Positions 1 to 7,900 of a stretch of 32,000 nucleotides of DNA are shown one piece after another (positions within the stretch are counted from its first letter, which is position 1; every line of letters begins with the position of its first letter). A model generated the notes under the pieces. It searched no databases and was not told the origin of the DNA. It worked only from the letters and a program-made list of their open reading frames with translations. The translations under genes and the position numbers were made by a program. The stretch spans positions 1,560,001 to 1,592,000 of the forward strand of contig OZ257143.1 in the NCBI GenBank assembly GCA_965279305.1, read 5' to 3'. This DNA comes from Gammaproteobacteria bacterium (GTDB lineage Bacteria > Pseudomonadota > Gammaproteobacteria > JBIOEC01).

Positions 1-339
1 GGCAGGCACTATTAATAGGCCACGTTTACGATGAGTAAGCTGATACAAGGTTTCTAAGCGCTCAGCTATAATATCAGGGTGGGGCGAAAACGGATCGTAG
101 GGTAGCGTTTCCCAGTCGGGGAAAGTAAATACATTAAGATCGGGCTCAAAAAATTGGCAAGCCTCTGCTAAGCGCCAAACGGCTTGAGGCTCTACACATA
201 TCAATACAGTAAGGCCAGGATGCTTTTTGGCCGCTAAAGCGGTTTGAAGCGCAAAAAAGCTAAGATTTGAGGGCAAATTCCAGGTTATTTTATCTCCTGG
301 TTGTTGCGGTAAAACAGGTGTAGGTAAAGCAATCGACAT
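1..339 (-). CDS. mfd: Transcription-repair coupling factor Mfd, N-terminal 113 codons; the gene body runs off the left edge
   Basis: Not in the ORF track because it is truncated. The reverse complement from ATG (339-337) reads MSIALPTPVLPQQPGDKITWNLPSNLSFFALQTALAAKKHPGLTVLICVEPQAVWRLAEACQFFEPDLNVFTFPDWETLPYDPFSPHPDIIAERLETLYQLTHRKRGLLIVPA. The DWETLPYD.FSPH.DII..RL.TLYQL block is the conserved Mfd N-terminus. Confidence 0.75.
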   Translation of the reverse strand, partial: MSIALPTPVLPQQPGDKITWNLPSNLSFFALQTALAAKKHPGLTVLICVEPQAVWRLAEACQFFEPDLNVFTFPDWETLPYDPFSPHPDIIAERLETLYQLTHRKRGLLIVPA

Positions 340-433
340 ATAAGATTTTATAGTATGTTAGGTGGTTATATGATAGCATTTTTAGGGCTCACTGCAATGG
401 AAAAAGCCCATTGATCGATCATTAGGGATTCTT

Positions 434-1207
434 ATGAAAACTAAACTCTCTGTTTTAGGTCTTTTATCGGTCGCACTATTGAGTGCTGGCGGCTATTATT
501 TGGCTGAATATATCAAACTAGAGCAAGTCGATAATCAAGTAAAAGCGTGGAAAACCCGTTTAGGTGATTATATTACTTTTGAATATGATGTAATTAGCGC
601 TCGTTTATGGAGTAACAGTATTTCTTTAGAACGAGTATTAATTACTTACCCTACCTTAATGAGCATAGAAAAGTTAACTTTTGCGCCTGTTGAAATAGAT
701 GGTGAGCTTGAACAGTTATATATTGATGCAAAAGGTTTGAGCTTTACCGTCCCAGCCGCTACTGACTCATTAGCCTGGTATGGAAACCTTCAAATAGATT
801 ATCAATACGATTCAGCGAAAAAACAAATTGATTTAACTCTATTATCTGATTTTCCGCAATTATTGAACGGCGAAATTAAAACTACTTTACAAGAAATCAC
901 ACCTAATATTGATTTAGTATTTAGTTATCCTAATGTGCTTTTATCTTCTTTAAGCGTGCAATTTCAAAACTATGGATTATTGCAAACCATGGGGTATGGG
1001 AACAGTAACGACGCAGAACTCATAGAGTGGATGAATCAATTTGCTCAAAAAAACCAGAGACAAGCGTTTGCTGATTTTTGGTTAAAGAACATGCCCCTTA
1101 ATATTCAATTTTCACCTGAATATCCTGTGCCGCTCTATCGTCTCTTAGAAAACGATCGTTTATTTTGGCAACATCCTGCCGTTATCATGCAGCCATTGCC
1201 TGGTTAA
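434..1207 (+). CDS. Hypothetical membrane-anchored or secreted protein (257 aa)
   Basis: ORF track. N-terminal hydrophobic segment LSVLGLLSVALLSAGGYYL looks like a signal peptide or anchor. No family recognised. Confidence 0.6.
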   Translation: MKTKLSVLGLLSVALLSAGGYYLAEYIKLEQVDNQVKAWKTRLGDYITFEYDVISARLWSNSISLERVLITYPTLMSIEKLTFAPVEIDGELEQLYIDAKGLSFTVPAATDSLAWYGNLQIDYQYDSAKKQIDLTLLSDFPQLLNGEIKTTLQEITPNIDLVFSYPNVLLSSLSVQFQNYGLLQTMGYGNSNDAELIEWMNQFAQKNQRQAFADFWLKNMPLNIQFSPEYPVPLYRLLENDRLFWQHPAVIMQPLPG

Positions 1208-3615
1208 GCAGGAGTAGCAATTAACAAGGATTGCAAAGAGGGTGGTGGTGCTTCTTCTGTTTTTTGTTGAGTAGCAAATGTATCGGCAGTAAAATATTTA
1301 TTAACACTTTGCCCAAACGTTATTTTTTCAGGAACTGGCGCTTCTACTTTTTGCAATGAAGCAGTACTTACTGAGCTCGCCAGCGTTTCACTGGATTCTT
1401 CTTTGATTTGTTTGGGCGCTTTTTTAAACACTGCTTTATCATGCTTTCTTTGGACATAAGGTTTTATTGCATAAATAATTCGTTTCAAATTATCTTGAGT
1501 TGGACTTACTTCATAATCCGCAATAATATAGAGATTTTTTCGGGCATTTTCCATTTTTATTTCATGTTTAGTATGAAGTTGGGTATAACTGTTTTCACCA
1601 AAGCTAAACAATTTTCTTAAAAATAGACCGAATTTACCTAGAGCAGTAGTAGGTTGTTCCATTTTAGAATATGAACTATTGGAGCTAGGGAAAGTTAGAT
1701 TAACGATATAATTAAATACCGGTAATTGTGCTACACCTTCCAAGATGGATTTGGGTAATCCCATCACCAATGAAATAGAAAAAGATATGGCATAGGTAGG
1801 TAATATATATGGGAAAAAAATCAGTGCTTTTAAAATAATGCTTTTAGGTAAAGGAATATAAGCGCTTATTTTTTCAAATGGATAACGAATGTTGTAATAA
1901 ACTCTATGAGCAAGAGCAGCAAAAAGACTAGATAAATTTGATTTTGCACGGTATTTTTCATGGTATTCTAAGAAAAATGTTTTAGCTGCTTGAACGTCAT
2001 TAGCATTCCATTCATGTTCAGGCTTTAGTTCATAATTAATTGTATCAGGGGCAAATTCATTAATGGCATAAGGATCGGTTTTAAGTTTATTTCCACCATG
2101 CATGACAGCAGAAGAAACAATGCCTGCCGTTGCATAGCCTGCAAACAACGTCCACAAAGTGGTTATTCCTCCGGTAAGCAAACCCGTTAAATGAGCCAGA
2201 ATAAAAATAACGGTAATCACTACATATCTTATAAAGCGTTTAAACCACCAATTACTAGCCACATTAATCGTATCAGGCTCTAAGCCATCAAAAGTGCGAT
2301 GTAGATTCACAGATGCATGCTGAGCACGTCCTTTTCCAATTTCATGGCCAACGGCAGCACCCACTAAAGTGCCCAAAAAAGCTGATAAAGGAATGACAGC
2401 TATAGGGGAAAAAATAAATGAAAAAGCAGTTCCTAATACCGCAAATATGGCAGCAGATGCAGCTGCTGCTGTCGTGGTTTTATTATGAATACCAATATTT
2501 TGATCTTCTAAAGGACTGGTTCCACCACTAAATAAACGTAGTCTTTGATCGCTTACGGTAAAGCCAAGCAAATATTTGAGTTGTTTTTTTTGCTTTTTAT
2601 TTAAATCTAAATAGGTATCGGTTTTCCAGAATTTAAGGCGCTGATACCATTTTTTAGGTTTATTAATATCTTTAATAATTTCTTCAAAGTCTTTTTCAGT
2701 AAGGAAAGTGCTGTGATCGGATTTTTTTGATTTTATCTTTCCAAATCTGACATTAAATTTGATTAATAATGTATTAGCATCACGAATTTGGTTTAGCTCA
2801 TCATGGTTAAATGTATTATTATCCAGAATTTTAAATTTGTTAGAAATAGCTTTTTTTCCGATCTCTGAGTGGATCAATTGTATCGTTAGTCTTTCGGCTA
2901 ATTCAGGAGTGAGCTCGGCAATAGTTAGTTTGGAAGGAAGCCCAAAAACCTCACGTACCTGACTGATTTTCTCTTGGGTAAAGCCTAATAAGTATTTAAA
3001 AGTATTCCGCTTGGTCGCAGGGATTATTTCGGCTATTATATTTAATTCTCTATCGGTAAGAATTCTTTTTTTATTGGCTTTGGGAACAGAATTCAATGCG
3101 TAAAATTTTGCTTTTAAGTCGTTTTTTTGATTATTATTCAACTCTAGTTTTTTAGATAAAAGCTCAGCTTTTTTATCGGTTAGTTCAGAAACGTAGGTAA
3201 TGTTAAATCGTGTTTTCCATTTATTTCTTAATGCTTGACCTGCTTTCACGATTCCTCTTACTAAAAATGGAAACGAAAAGTTAATGGCAATAGCGCCTAA
3301 AACTAAAGTAGCCACTCCCCAACCCACAGGATTAGAAACAATAAGAAGAGCGGTAAAGGTAGCCGCGATGACAACGGCAATTAAGGTAATAATATTAAGG
3401 GCTCTATTTTGTCTTCGCTCTGTTCTTAATGCATAGGCGAGGGGAGTTTTTTCTGGGGTAATACTTTTATACTCATCGGTAGGTGAGGAGCTAAAAATAG
3501 AGCCTATACCGTAGAGAAGCGAATTGAGATAGGGAACGTATAAATCGACGTAGCGTTTAAATCTAGCATTAAAAGATAAATCTTCTGTTAGATAATGGGG
3601 TAATTCCTTAGACAT
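1204..3615 (-). CDS. Large orphan membrane protein (803 aa) with several hydrophobic hairpin clusters and an internal duplication
   Basis: ORF track. Long hydrophobic clusters include ALNIITLIAVVIAATFTALLIVSNPVGWGVATLVLGAIAINFSFPF, AAIFAVLGTAFSFIFSPIAVIPLSAFLGTLVGAAVG, YVVITVIFILAHLTGLLTGGITTLWTLFAGYATAGIV and ALIFFPYILPTYAISFSISLVMGL. Lys-rich soluble regions lie between them. GAGGGA lies upstream of the ATG. Confidence 0.7.
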   Translation of the reverse strand: MSKELPHYLTEDLSFNARFKRYVDLYVPYLNSLLYGIGSIFSSSPTDEYKSITPEKTPLAYALRTERRQNRALNIITLIAVVIAATFTALLIVSNPVGWGVATLVLGAIAINFSFPFLVRGIVKAGQALRNKWKTRFNITYVSELTDKKAELLSKKLELNNNQKNDLKAKFYALNSVPKANKKRILTDRELNIIAEIIPATKRNTFKYLLGFTQEKISQVREVFGLPSKLTIAELTPELAERLTIQLIHSEIGKKAISNKFKILDNNTFNHDELNQIRDANTLLIKFNVRFGKIKSKKSDHSTFLTEKDFEEIIKDINKPKKWYQRLKFWKTDTYLDLNKKQKKQLKYLLGFTVSDQRLRLFSGGTSPLEDQNIGIHNKTTTAAAASAAIFAVLGTAFSFIFSPIAVIPLSAFLGTLVGAAVGHEIGKGRAQHASVNLHRTFDGLEPDTINVASNWWFKRFIRYVVITVIFILAHLTGLLTGGITTLWTLFAGYATAGIVSSAVMHGGNKLKTDPYAINEFAPDTINYELKPEHEWNANDVQAAKTFFLEYHEKYRAKSNLSSLFAALAHRVYYNIRYPFEKISAYIPLPKSIILKALIFFPYILPTYAISFSISLVMGLPKSILEGVAQLPVFNYIVNLTFPSSNSSYSKMEQPTTALGKFGLFLRKLFSFGENSYTQLHTKHEIKMENARKNLYIIADYEVSPTQDNLKRIIYAIKPYVQRKHDKAVFKKAPKQIKEESSETLASSVSTASLQKVEAPVPEKITFGQSVNKYFTADTFATQQKTEEAPPPSLQSLLIATPA

Positions 3616-3815
3616 AGAGCTTACTTTCCCTCTGTTATCTCAATGTTAGATACTTTTCTATAGTAGACCAAATTACTTATTTTGTATATATTTTACACAC
3701 TTCTTTTCTGTTTGTAAATAGGAATCATTATCATTTAAAAGAGGACGAAGATCATAGCAAGAATACTAAATGCCGGTTATACTCTATTAATATGAATCTT
3801 TGACTAGGAGTTTTT

Positions 3816-4511
3816 ATGCGTAAATATCTTTTCCTTTTGGCTTTATCTACTGCATTTGTAACCGGTGCGTATGCTGATAACGCATCTACTCAAAGAACGA
3901 TTAATGTGCAAGGGCAAGGCGAAGTAAAGCTGGCTCCGAATATGGCCACCTTACAAGTAGCCGTTGAAACTAATGCTCCTGATGCCAAAACGGCCGTTCA
4001 AACGAATGCTGATAAAATGAATAAAGTGGTAGCTACTTTGAAGCAGAACTTAGGCGCAGAAGATAAAGTCTCTACTAGTCGTTATAATTTAGTGCCTACT
4101 TATGAATATGATAAAGACAGTAGACGTTCTACATTAAGCGGTTATCAAGTGACCAATTATGTCACTGTTTCTACTCAGAAATTGGATCAATTAGGTTCAC
4201 TTTTAGATGCAGCTACACAAGCAGGTGCTAACCGCGTTGAAAACTTACAATTTAGCCATGATAAATGGCACACTTATGAGCAACAAGCCTTGTCGCAAGC
4301 CGTTCTTGATGCGCAATTAACTGCTACGGTTTTAGCAAAAGCAGCACACGTTACTTTGGGTGAATTAATTACGCTACAACCTAGTTTTAGTGGAACAATG
4401 CCTATGCAAGAATTTAGCTTGGCTAAAACATCAACAATGTCTTCAACTCCTATTGAACCGGGTGATCTGGTGATTAATATGACAATATCTGCATCTTATG
4501 CTATTCAATAG
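3816..4511 (+). CDS. SIMPL/DUF541 family periplasmic protein (BP26/YggE-like)
   Basis: Signal peptide MRKYLFLLALSTAFVTGAYA. The block INVQGQGEVKLAPNMATLQVAVETNAPDAKTA...NADKMNKVVATLK and the C-terminal PIEPGDLVINMTISASYAI are typical of the SIMPL/BP26 family. Confidence 0.8.
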   Translation: MRKYLFLLALSTAFVTGAYADNASTQRTINVQGQGEVKLAPNMATLQVAVETNAPDAKTAVQTNADKMNKVVATLKQNLGAEDKVSTSRYNLVPTYEYDKDSRRSTLSGYQVTNYVTVSTQKLDQLGSLLDAATQAGANRVENLQFSHDKWHTYEQQALSQAVLDAQLTATVLAKAAHVTLGELITLQPSFSGTMPMQEFSLAKTSTMSSTPIEPGDLVINMTISASYAIQ

Positions 4512-4542
4512 TAGGGAATAGTACAAAAAAGGATAATGTCTT

Positions 4543-5304
4543 ATGTTTACGGCTTTGATTTTTGCTTTATTATTATTGGGCGTTTTCTGGGTAGCCAGAC
4601 ACCGTAGAAAATTAGCGATGGGATCTTTGCTTTCCTCTTTAGTTTTATTCTTTCTTTCCGCCTACGGTATTTTACCCGCCGTATTGTTACATTATCTAGA
4701 AACCCCTGAAATGTTTTTATCAGAGCCATTGTGGGGAGAAAGGAATGCTATTGTATTATTAGGTGGTGGAACCGTAGAGCAGCCCGGTACTGATCATATT
4801 TTACCAAGTCCTGGTGCTTATTCACGTATTTATGAAGCCGCACGTCTTTATTTTGCTTGTGAACAAAAAGCACAACGCTGCATTATTATTACAACAGGTG
4901 CTGATGTGACAGGAACAGGACAAACCGAAGCCGCTGCATATAGAGAAGCTCTTCTTGATATAGGCGTTAAAAACGCTGATATTTTACTTGAGCCTAAGAG
5001 CCGAAATACCTTTCAAAATGCTGAATTTACTCAAGCAATTATTCTAAAAGAAAAGCCCGATCAAATTTTCTTGGTAACTTCTGATATTCATATGAAAAGA
5101 GCAAAACTCTTTTTTGATTATTTTAAAATAAATCCAGTGCCAGCAGCATCAACTCATGAAGAGCCTATTGTTTCATTAGAACCTTCTAGCTTTAATTTAG
5201 CCTTATCGGATATGGCGATGCATGAATATATGGGAATAGCTCAATTTTATTGGTATAACCTAATGGGCTGGAATACTCAACCTAATACTGAGATAACACA
5301 GTGA
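4543..5304 (+). CDS. DUF218 family protein (ElyC/YcbC/YdcF-like)
   Basis: Two N-terminal TM segments. Followed by AIVLLGGGT, IIITTG, SRNTFQNAEF and FLVTSDIHMKRA, the motif series of the DUF218 fold. Confidence 0.75.
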   Translation: MFTALIFALLLLGVFWVARHRRKLAMGSLLSSLVLFFLSAYGILPAVLLHYLETPEMFLSEPLWGERNAIVLLGGGTVEQPGTDHILPSPGAYSRIYEAARLYFACEQKAQRCIIITTGADVTGTGQTEAAAYREALLDIGVKNADILLEPKSRNTFQNAEFTQAIILKEKPDQIFLVTSDIHMKRAKLFFDYFKINPVPAASTHEEPIVSLEPSSFNLALSDMAMHEYMGIAQFYWYNLMGWNTQPNTEITQ

Positions 5305-6296
5305 CAGAAAATCATTTTCGCCCTAATTGGTGGTTAAGAAGCGGACACCTTCAAACTTGTGTGGCCGCACTAACTGCCCGTGCCTTAATTCCTACGCGAG
5401 ATGAGTGGCTAAATTTGCCTGATGGAGACGTACTGGAGTTGCATTGGGTAGATTCAGAAAAAAAGGATGCGCCTATCTTATTATTGTTGCATGGTCTCGA
5501 AGGCTCTGTTTATTCTCATTATATACAAGGCATGTTGCAAGTAGCCAAGCAAAGTGGTTGGCGCGCGGTTGTTATGCATTTTAGAGGAAGCTCAGGCCAT
5601 ATCAATAGAAAGCCTGGGTGTTATCATGCCGGGCGTACAGAAGATTTACACGATGTGCTTTTACATATTAAATCTGTTTTTCCTGAATCTTCTAATATTA
5701 CAGCAATAGGTTATTCATTGGGTAGTAATTTGCTTTTAAAATATTTAGGTGAAAATCCCTTGCAAGCTTTTTTAAAAGCCGCTGTGGCAGTTTCTGTGCC
5801 TTTTGATTTGGAGGTTACTTCACGTTTTTTAAGCACAGGAAGAATGCAAAAAGTATATGAAAAGCGGTTTATGAAAAACCTAAAACGCACGATTGGATAT
5901 AAATTGCGTTTTAATATTGATATGCCTATCACCTTGTATGATCTAGAACAAATCCAAACACTTTATGATTTTGATGAAAAGATAACAGCGCCTTTACATG
6001 GATTTAAAAATGCTAAAGATTATTACAAAAGCTGTAGCAGTCGTCACTTTCTTCAAGGAATTAAAACACCTACTTTAATTATCCATGCAGAGGATGATCC
6101 CATTATTCCTAAAGCTACCATACCCAAAATGAAAAGAAAAAATCCAGCGATTCAATGGGATATTCAGCGTTATGGCGGGCATGTAGGTTTTATAGATGGA
6201 AGTCACCCTAAGCGTTTAGATTATTGGCTAGAAACGCGTATTCCGCGTTATCTTAATCTTTATATGGGTAAGGAACGCTCAGAGCGTATCGAGTAG
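5301..6296 (+). CDS. yheT: YheT-type alpha/beta hydrolase
   Basis: GTG start overlapping the upstream stop (GTGA). Motifs GHLQTC, LPDGD, LLLHGLEGS, VVMHFRG, YHAGRTEDL, nucleophile elbow GYSLGSN, PTLIIHAEDDPI, GGHVGFI and WLETRIPRYL follow the order I recall for E. coli YheT. Confidence 0.85.
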   Translation: MTENHFRPNWWLRSGHLQTCVAALTARALIPTRDEWLNLPDGDVLELHWVDSEKKDAPILLLLHGLEGSVYSHYIQGMLQVAKQSGWRAVVMHFRGSSGHINRKPGCYHAGRTEDLHDVLLHIKSVFPESSNITAIGYSLGSNLLLKYLGENPLQAFLKAAVAVSVPFDLEVTSRFLSTGRMQKVYEKRFMKNLKRTIGYKLRFNIDMPITLYDLEQIQTLYDFDEKITAPLHGFKNAKDYYKSCSSRHFLQGIKTPTLIIHAEDDPIIPKATIPKMKRKNPAIQWDIQRYGGHVGFIDGSHPKRLDYWLETRIPRYLNLYMGKERSERIE

Positions 6297-6950
6297 TTTT
6301 TTTGCTTCTTCTTCATCAATCAAAACAAACTTACCTCTGTTCAAATCGTAGTAATTCACATCGGCCGTCGCTAAATCAAACCACCACCCATGAAGTTTTA
6401 TTTTACCTTCGCGTAATTTTTCAGCTACAAGGGGGTAAGTTTTTAAATGCTCTAGTTGCTCTAATACATTAATTTGCGCTAGTTGATTATGGTTAGAGAG
6501 CCCTGGCTTAAATGCCACATTGTATTTTGATCCTTCATAACTGGTAAGAGCAGGAGCTGCATAAGTCAGCCATTGGTTAATGAAAGGGTCATCTTTGCCA
6601 TGGGCTTCTTGTAAAGCACACATCGCTCCGCATTCAGAATGACCACAAATAACGATGTCTTTTACTTTCAAATTACGTATCGAAAATTCGATGGCCGCTC
6701 CCACTGAAATATCAGAGCTATTAGGTTCTCTATCGCCGCCATAAGGGGGTACTAAATTGCCTATATTACGTAATACAAAGAGATCGCCTGGATCGGTGGA
6801 TGCAAATACGTTAGGAACCACGCGGCTATCACAGCAAGCAATAAATAGGGTATCAGGGGATTGCCCATATACTAGGTTGGAAAAACGAGCACGATAATCA
6901 GGCAGTGATTGTTTGCGAAAATCGATAATACCTTTGAGCAGCTTTTTCAT
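6279..6950 (-). CDS. Beta-class carbonic anhydrase (CynT-like)
   Basis: Zinc-ligand motifs CCDSRV and ICGHSECGA. The overall pattern (GDLFVLRNIGNLVPPYG, LHGWWFD) matches CynT-type beta-CAs. The 3' end overlaps the yheT 3' end by 18 nt (convergent). Confidence 0.9.
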   Translation of the reverse strand: MKKLLKGIIDFRKQSLPDYRARFSNLVYGQSPDTLFIACCDSRVVPNVFASTDPGDLFVLRNIGNLVPPYGGDREPNSSDISVGAAIEFSIRNLKVKDIVICGHSECGAMCALQEAHGKDDPFINQWLTYAAPALTSYEGSKYNVAFKPGLSNHNQLAQINVLEQLEHLKTYPLVAEKLREGKIKLHGWWFDLATADVNYYDLNRGKFVLIDEEEAKKLLDTL

Positions 6951-7036
6951 AAATCCTTACTTTCTCTGATAATAACTAGACCCTTGATACTAGCAAAGCT
7001 TCTAAAAACCTTCAAGTACTCTTGTTTTAGTCTTTT

Positions 7037-7064
7037 TTGACATCTGGACGATATTTGCTATAGT
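7037..7064 (+). promoter_or_regulatory. Sigma70-like promoter TTGACA-16 nt-TATAGT upstream of the 7113 gene
   Basis: TTGACA at 7037-7042 and TATAGT at 7059-7064, about 45 nt upstream of the ATG at 7113. Confidence 0.4.
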
Positions 7065-7112
7065 GAAAGAAGGCGCTTATCCCGCCAATGTATTTAACGA
7101 TGGGATCTCTTT

Positions 7113-7535
7113 ATGACTGAAAAAAAACATGCTGATGAATGGTCTGCCTTAAAAACCAAGATGAGACGTCGTTGGAAAAAATTAAGCGATGCTGATTTGA
7201 AAAAAGTAGTTTCTCTTGAGCAGCAAATAGCTGATATTCTAGAAAAAAAATACAAATACACTAAAAAGGCAGCATTTGCTGAAGCGGCTGATTTTTTTTC
7301 TCAAGTTACGCATGTTTCTGGGGATTACCACACCCAAATACACGATTTAAAAAATACTATTGCTGAAATGACTGATGGGTTTATCGAGCAAATTTACGAT
7401 ACCAAAGAAAAAATTCCGGAAATGGCTCAGGAAGGTGAAGAAAAACTGATTGATTCCATTAAAGAACATCCTTTATCCAGTTTAGGAATAGTGGCAGCCG
7501 CTGGGTTTATTTTAGGTTCAATTATAACCAAATGA
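7113..7535 (+). CDS. CsbD-like N-terminus fused to an ElaB/YqjD (DUF883)-like C-terminal membrane anchor
   Basis: The N-terminus EWSALKTKMRRRWKKLSDADLKKV...KYKYTK resembles the CsbD motif (W..KL.D.DL). The C-terminus EHPLSSLGIVAAAGFILGSIITK resembles the ElaB/YqjD tail anchor. Confidence 0.55.
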   Translation: MTEKKHADEWSALKTKMRRRWKKLSDADLKKVVSLEQQIADILEKKYKYTKKAAFAEAADFFSQVTHVSGDYHTQIHDLKNTIAEMTDGFIEQIYDTKEKIPEMAQEGEEKLIDSIKEHPLSSLGIVAAAGFILGSIITK

Positions 7536-7900
7536 AACTACCCAATAACGCATTGACTAAAACACTACAAACTTTACCTAAAGACTTTATTTATTTTACA
7601 GCGTGTAAAATAATTTTAGCCTTGCTAGTTTTTTTAAGCGTAGGTGCTTTATTTGTATTTGCTGCCATTATCCCTTTGCATATGTACAACGCGCCTTGGT
7701 GGGCCGTTGTAGCTGGCGGGTGGGGCGGATGGTTTTTCTTTTTAAGTATTTTCTTGGTCGCTTATTTTGTTTTACAAAGTCGCTATAGAACCAAATTAGA
7801 ATTACTGATTAATCTGGCCAATAAGCAAATTTTTGCCAGCTTAGGCATTTTTGCTTTTAATAATGTGCTACGTAAGCTTCATCTTAAGAAATCGCGATAG
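7532..7900 (+). CDS. Small two- to three-TM membrane protein, in the YqjE-like position downstream of the ElaB/YqjD-like gene
   Basis: ATGA start/stop overlap with the upstream gene. Hydrophobic segments IILALLVFLSVGALFVFAAIIPL and WGGWFFFLSIFLVAYFVL. The family assignment rests on gene order only. Confidence 0.5.
   Translation: MKLPNNALTKTLQTLPKDFIYFTACKIILALLVFLSVGALFVFAAIIPLHMYNAPWWAVVAGGWGGWFFFLSIFLVAYFVLQSRYRTKLELLINLANKQIFASLGIFAFNNVLRKLHLKKSR

Noticed and set aside
1204-1207. Convergent 3'-end overlaps (434 gene with 1204 gene by 4 nt; yheT with carbonic anhydrase by 18 nt at 6279-6296), considered as signs of mis-called ends or antisense regulation
   Set aside because: Stop codons are fixed by the sequence, and both partners have full-length family motifs. 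Short convergent overlaps are common in compact genomes, so they are not noteworthy by themselves.
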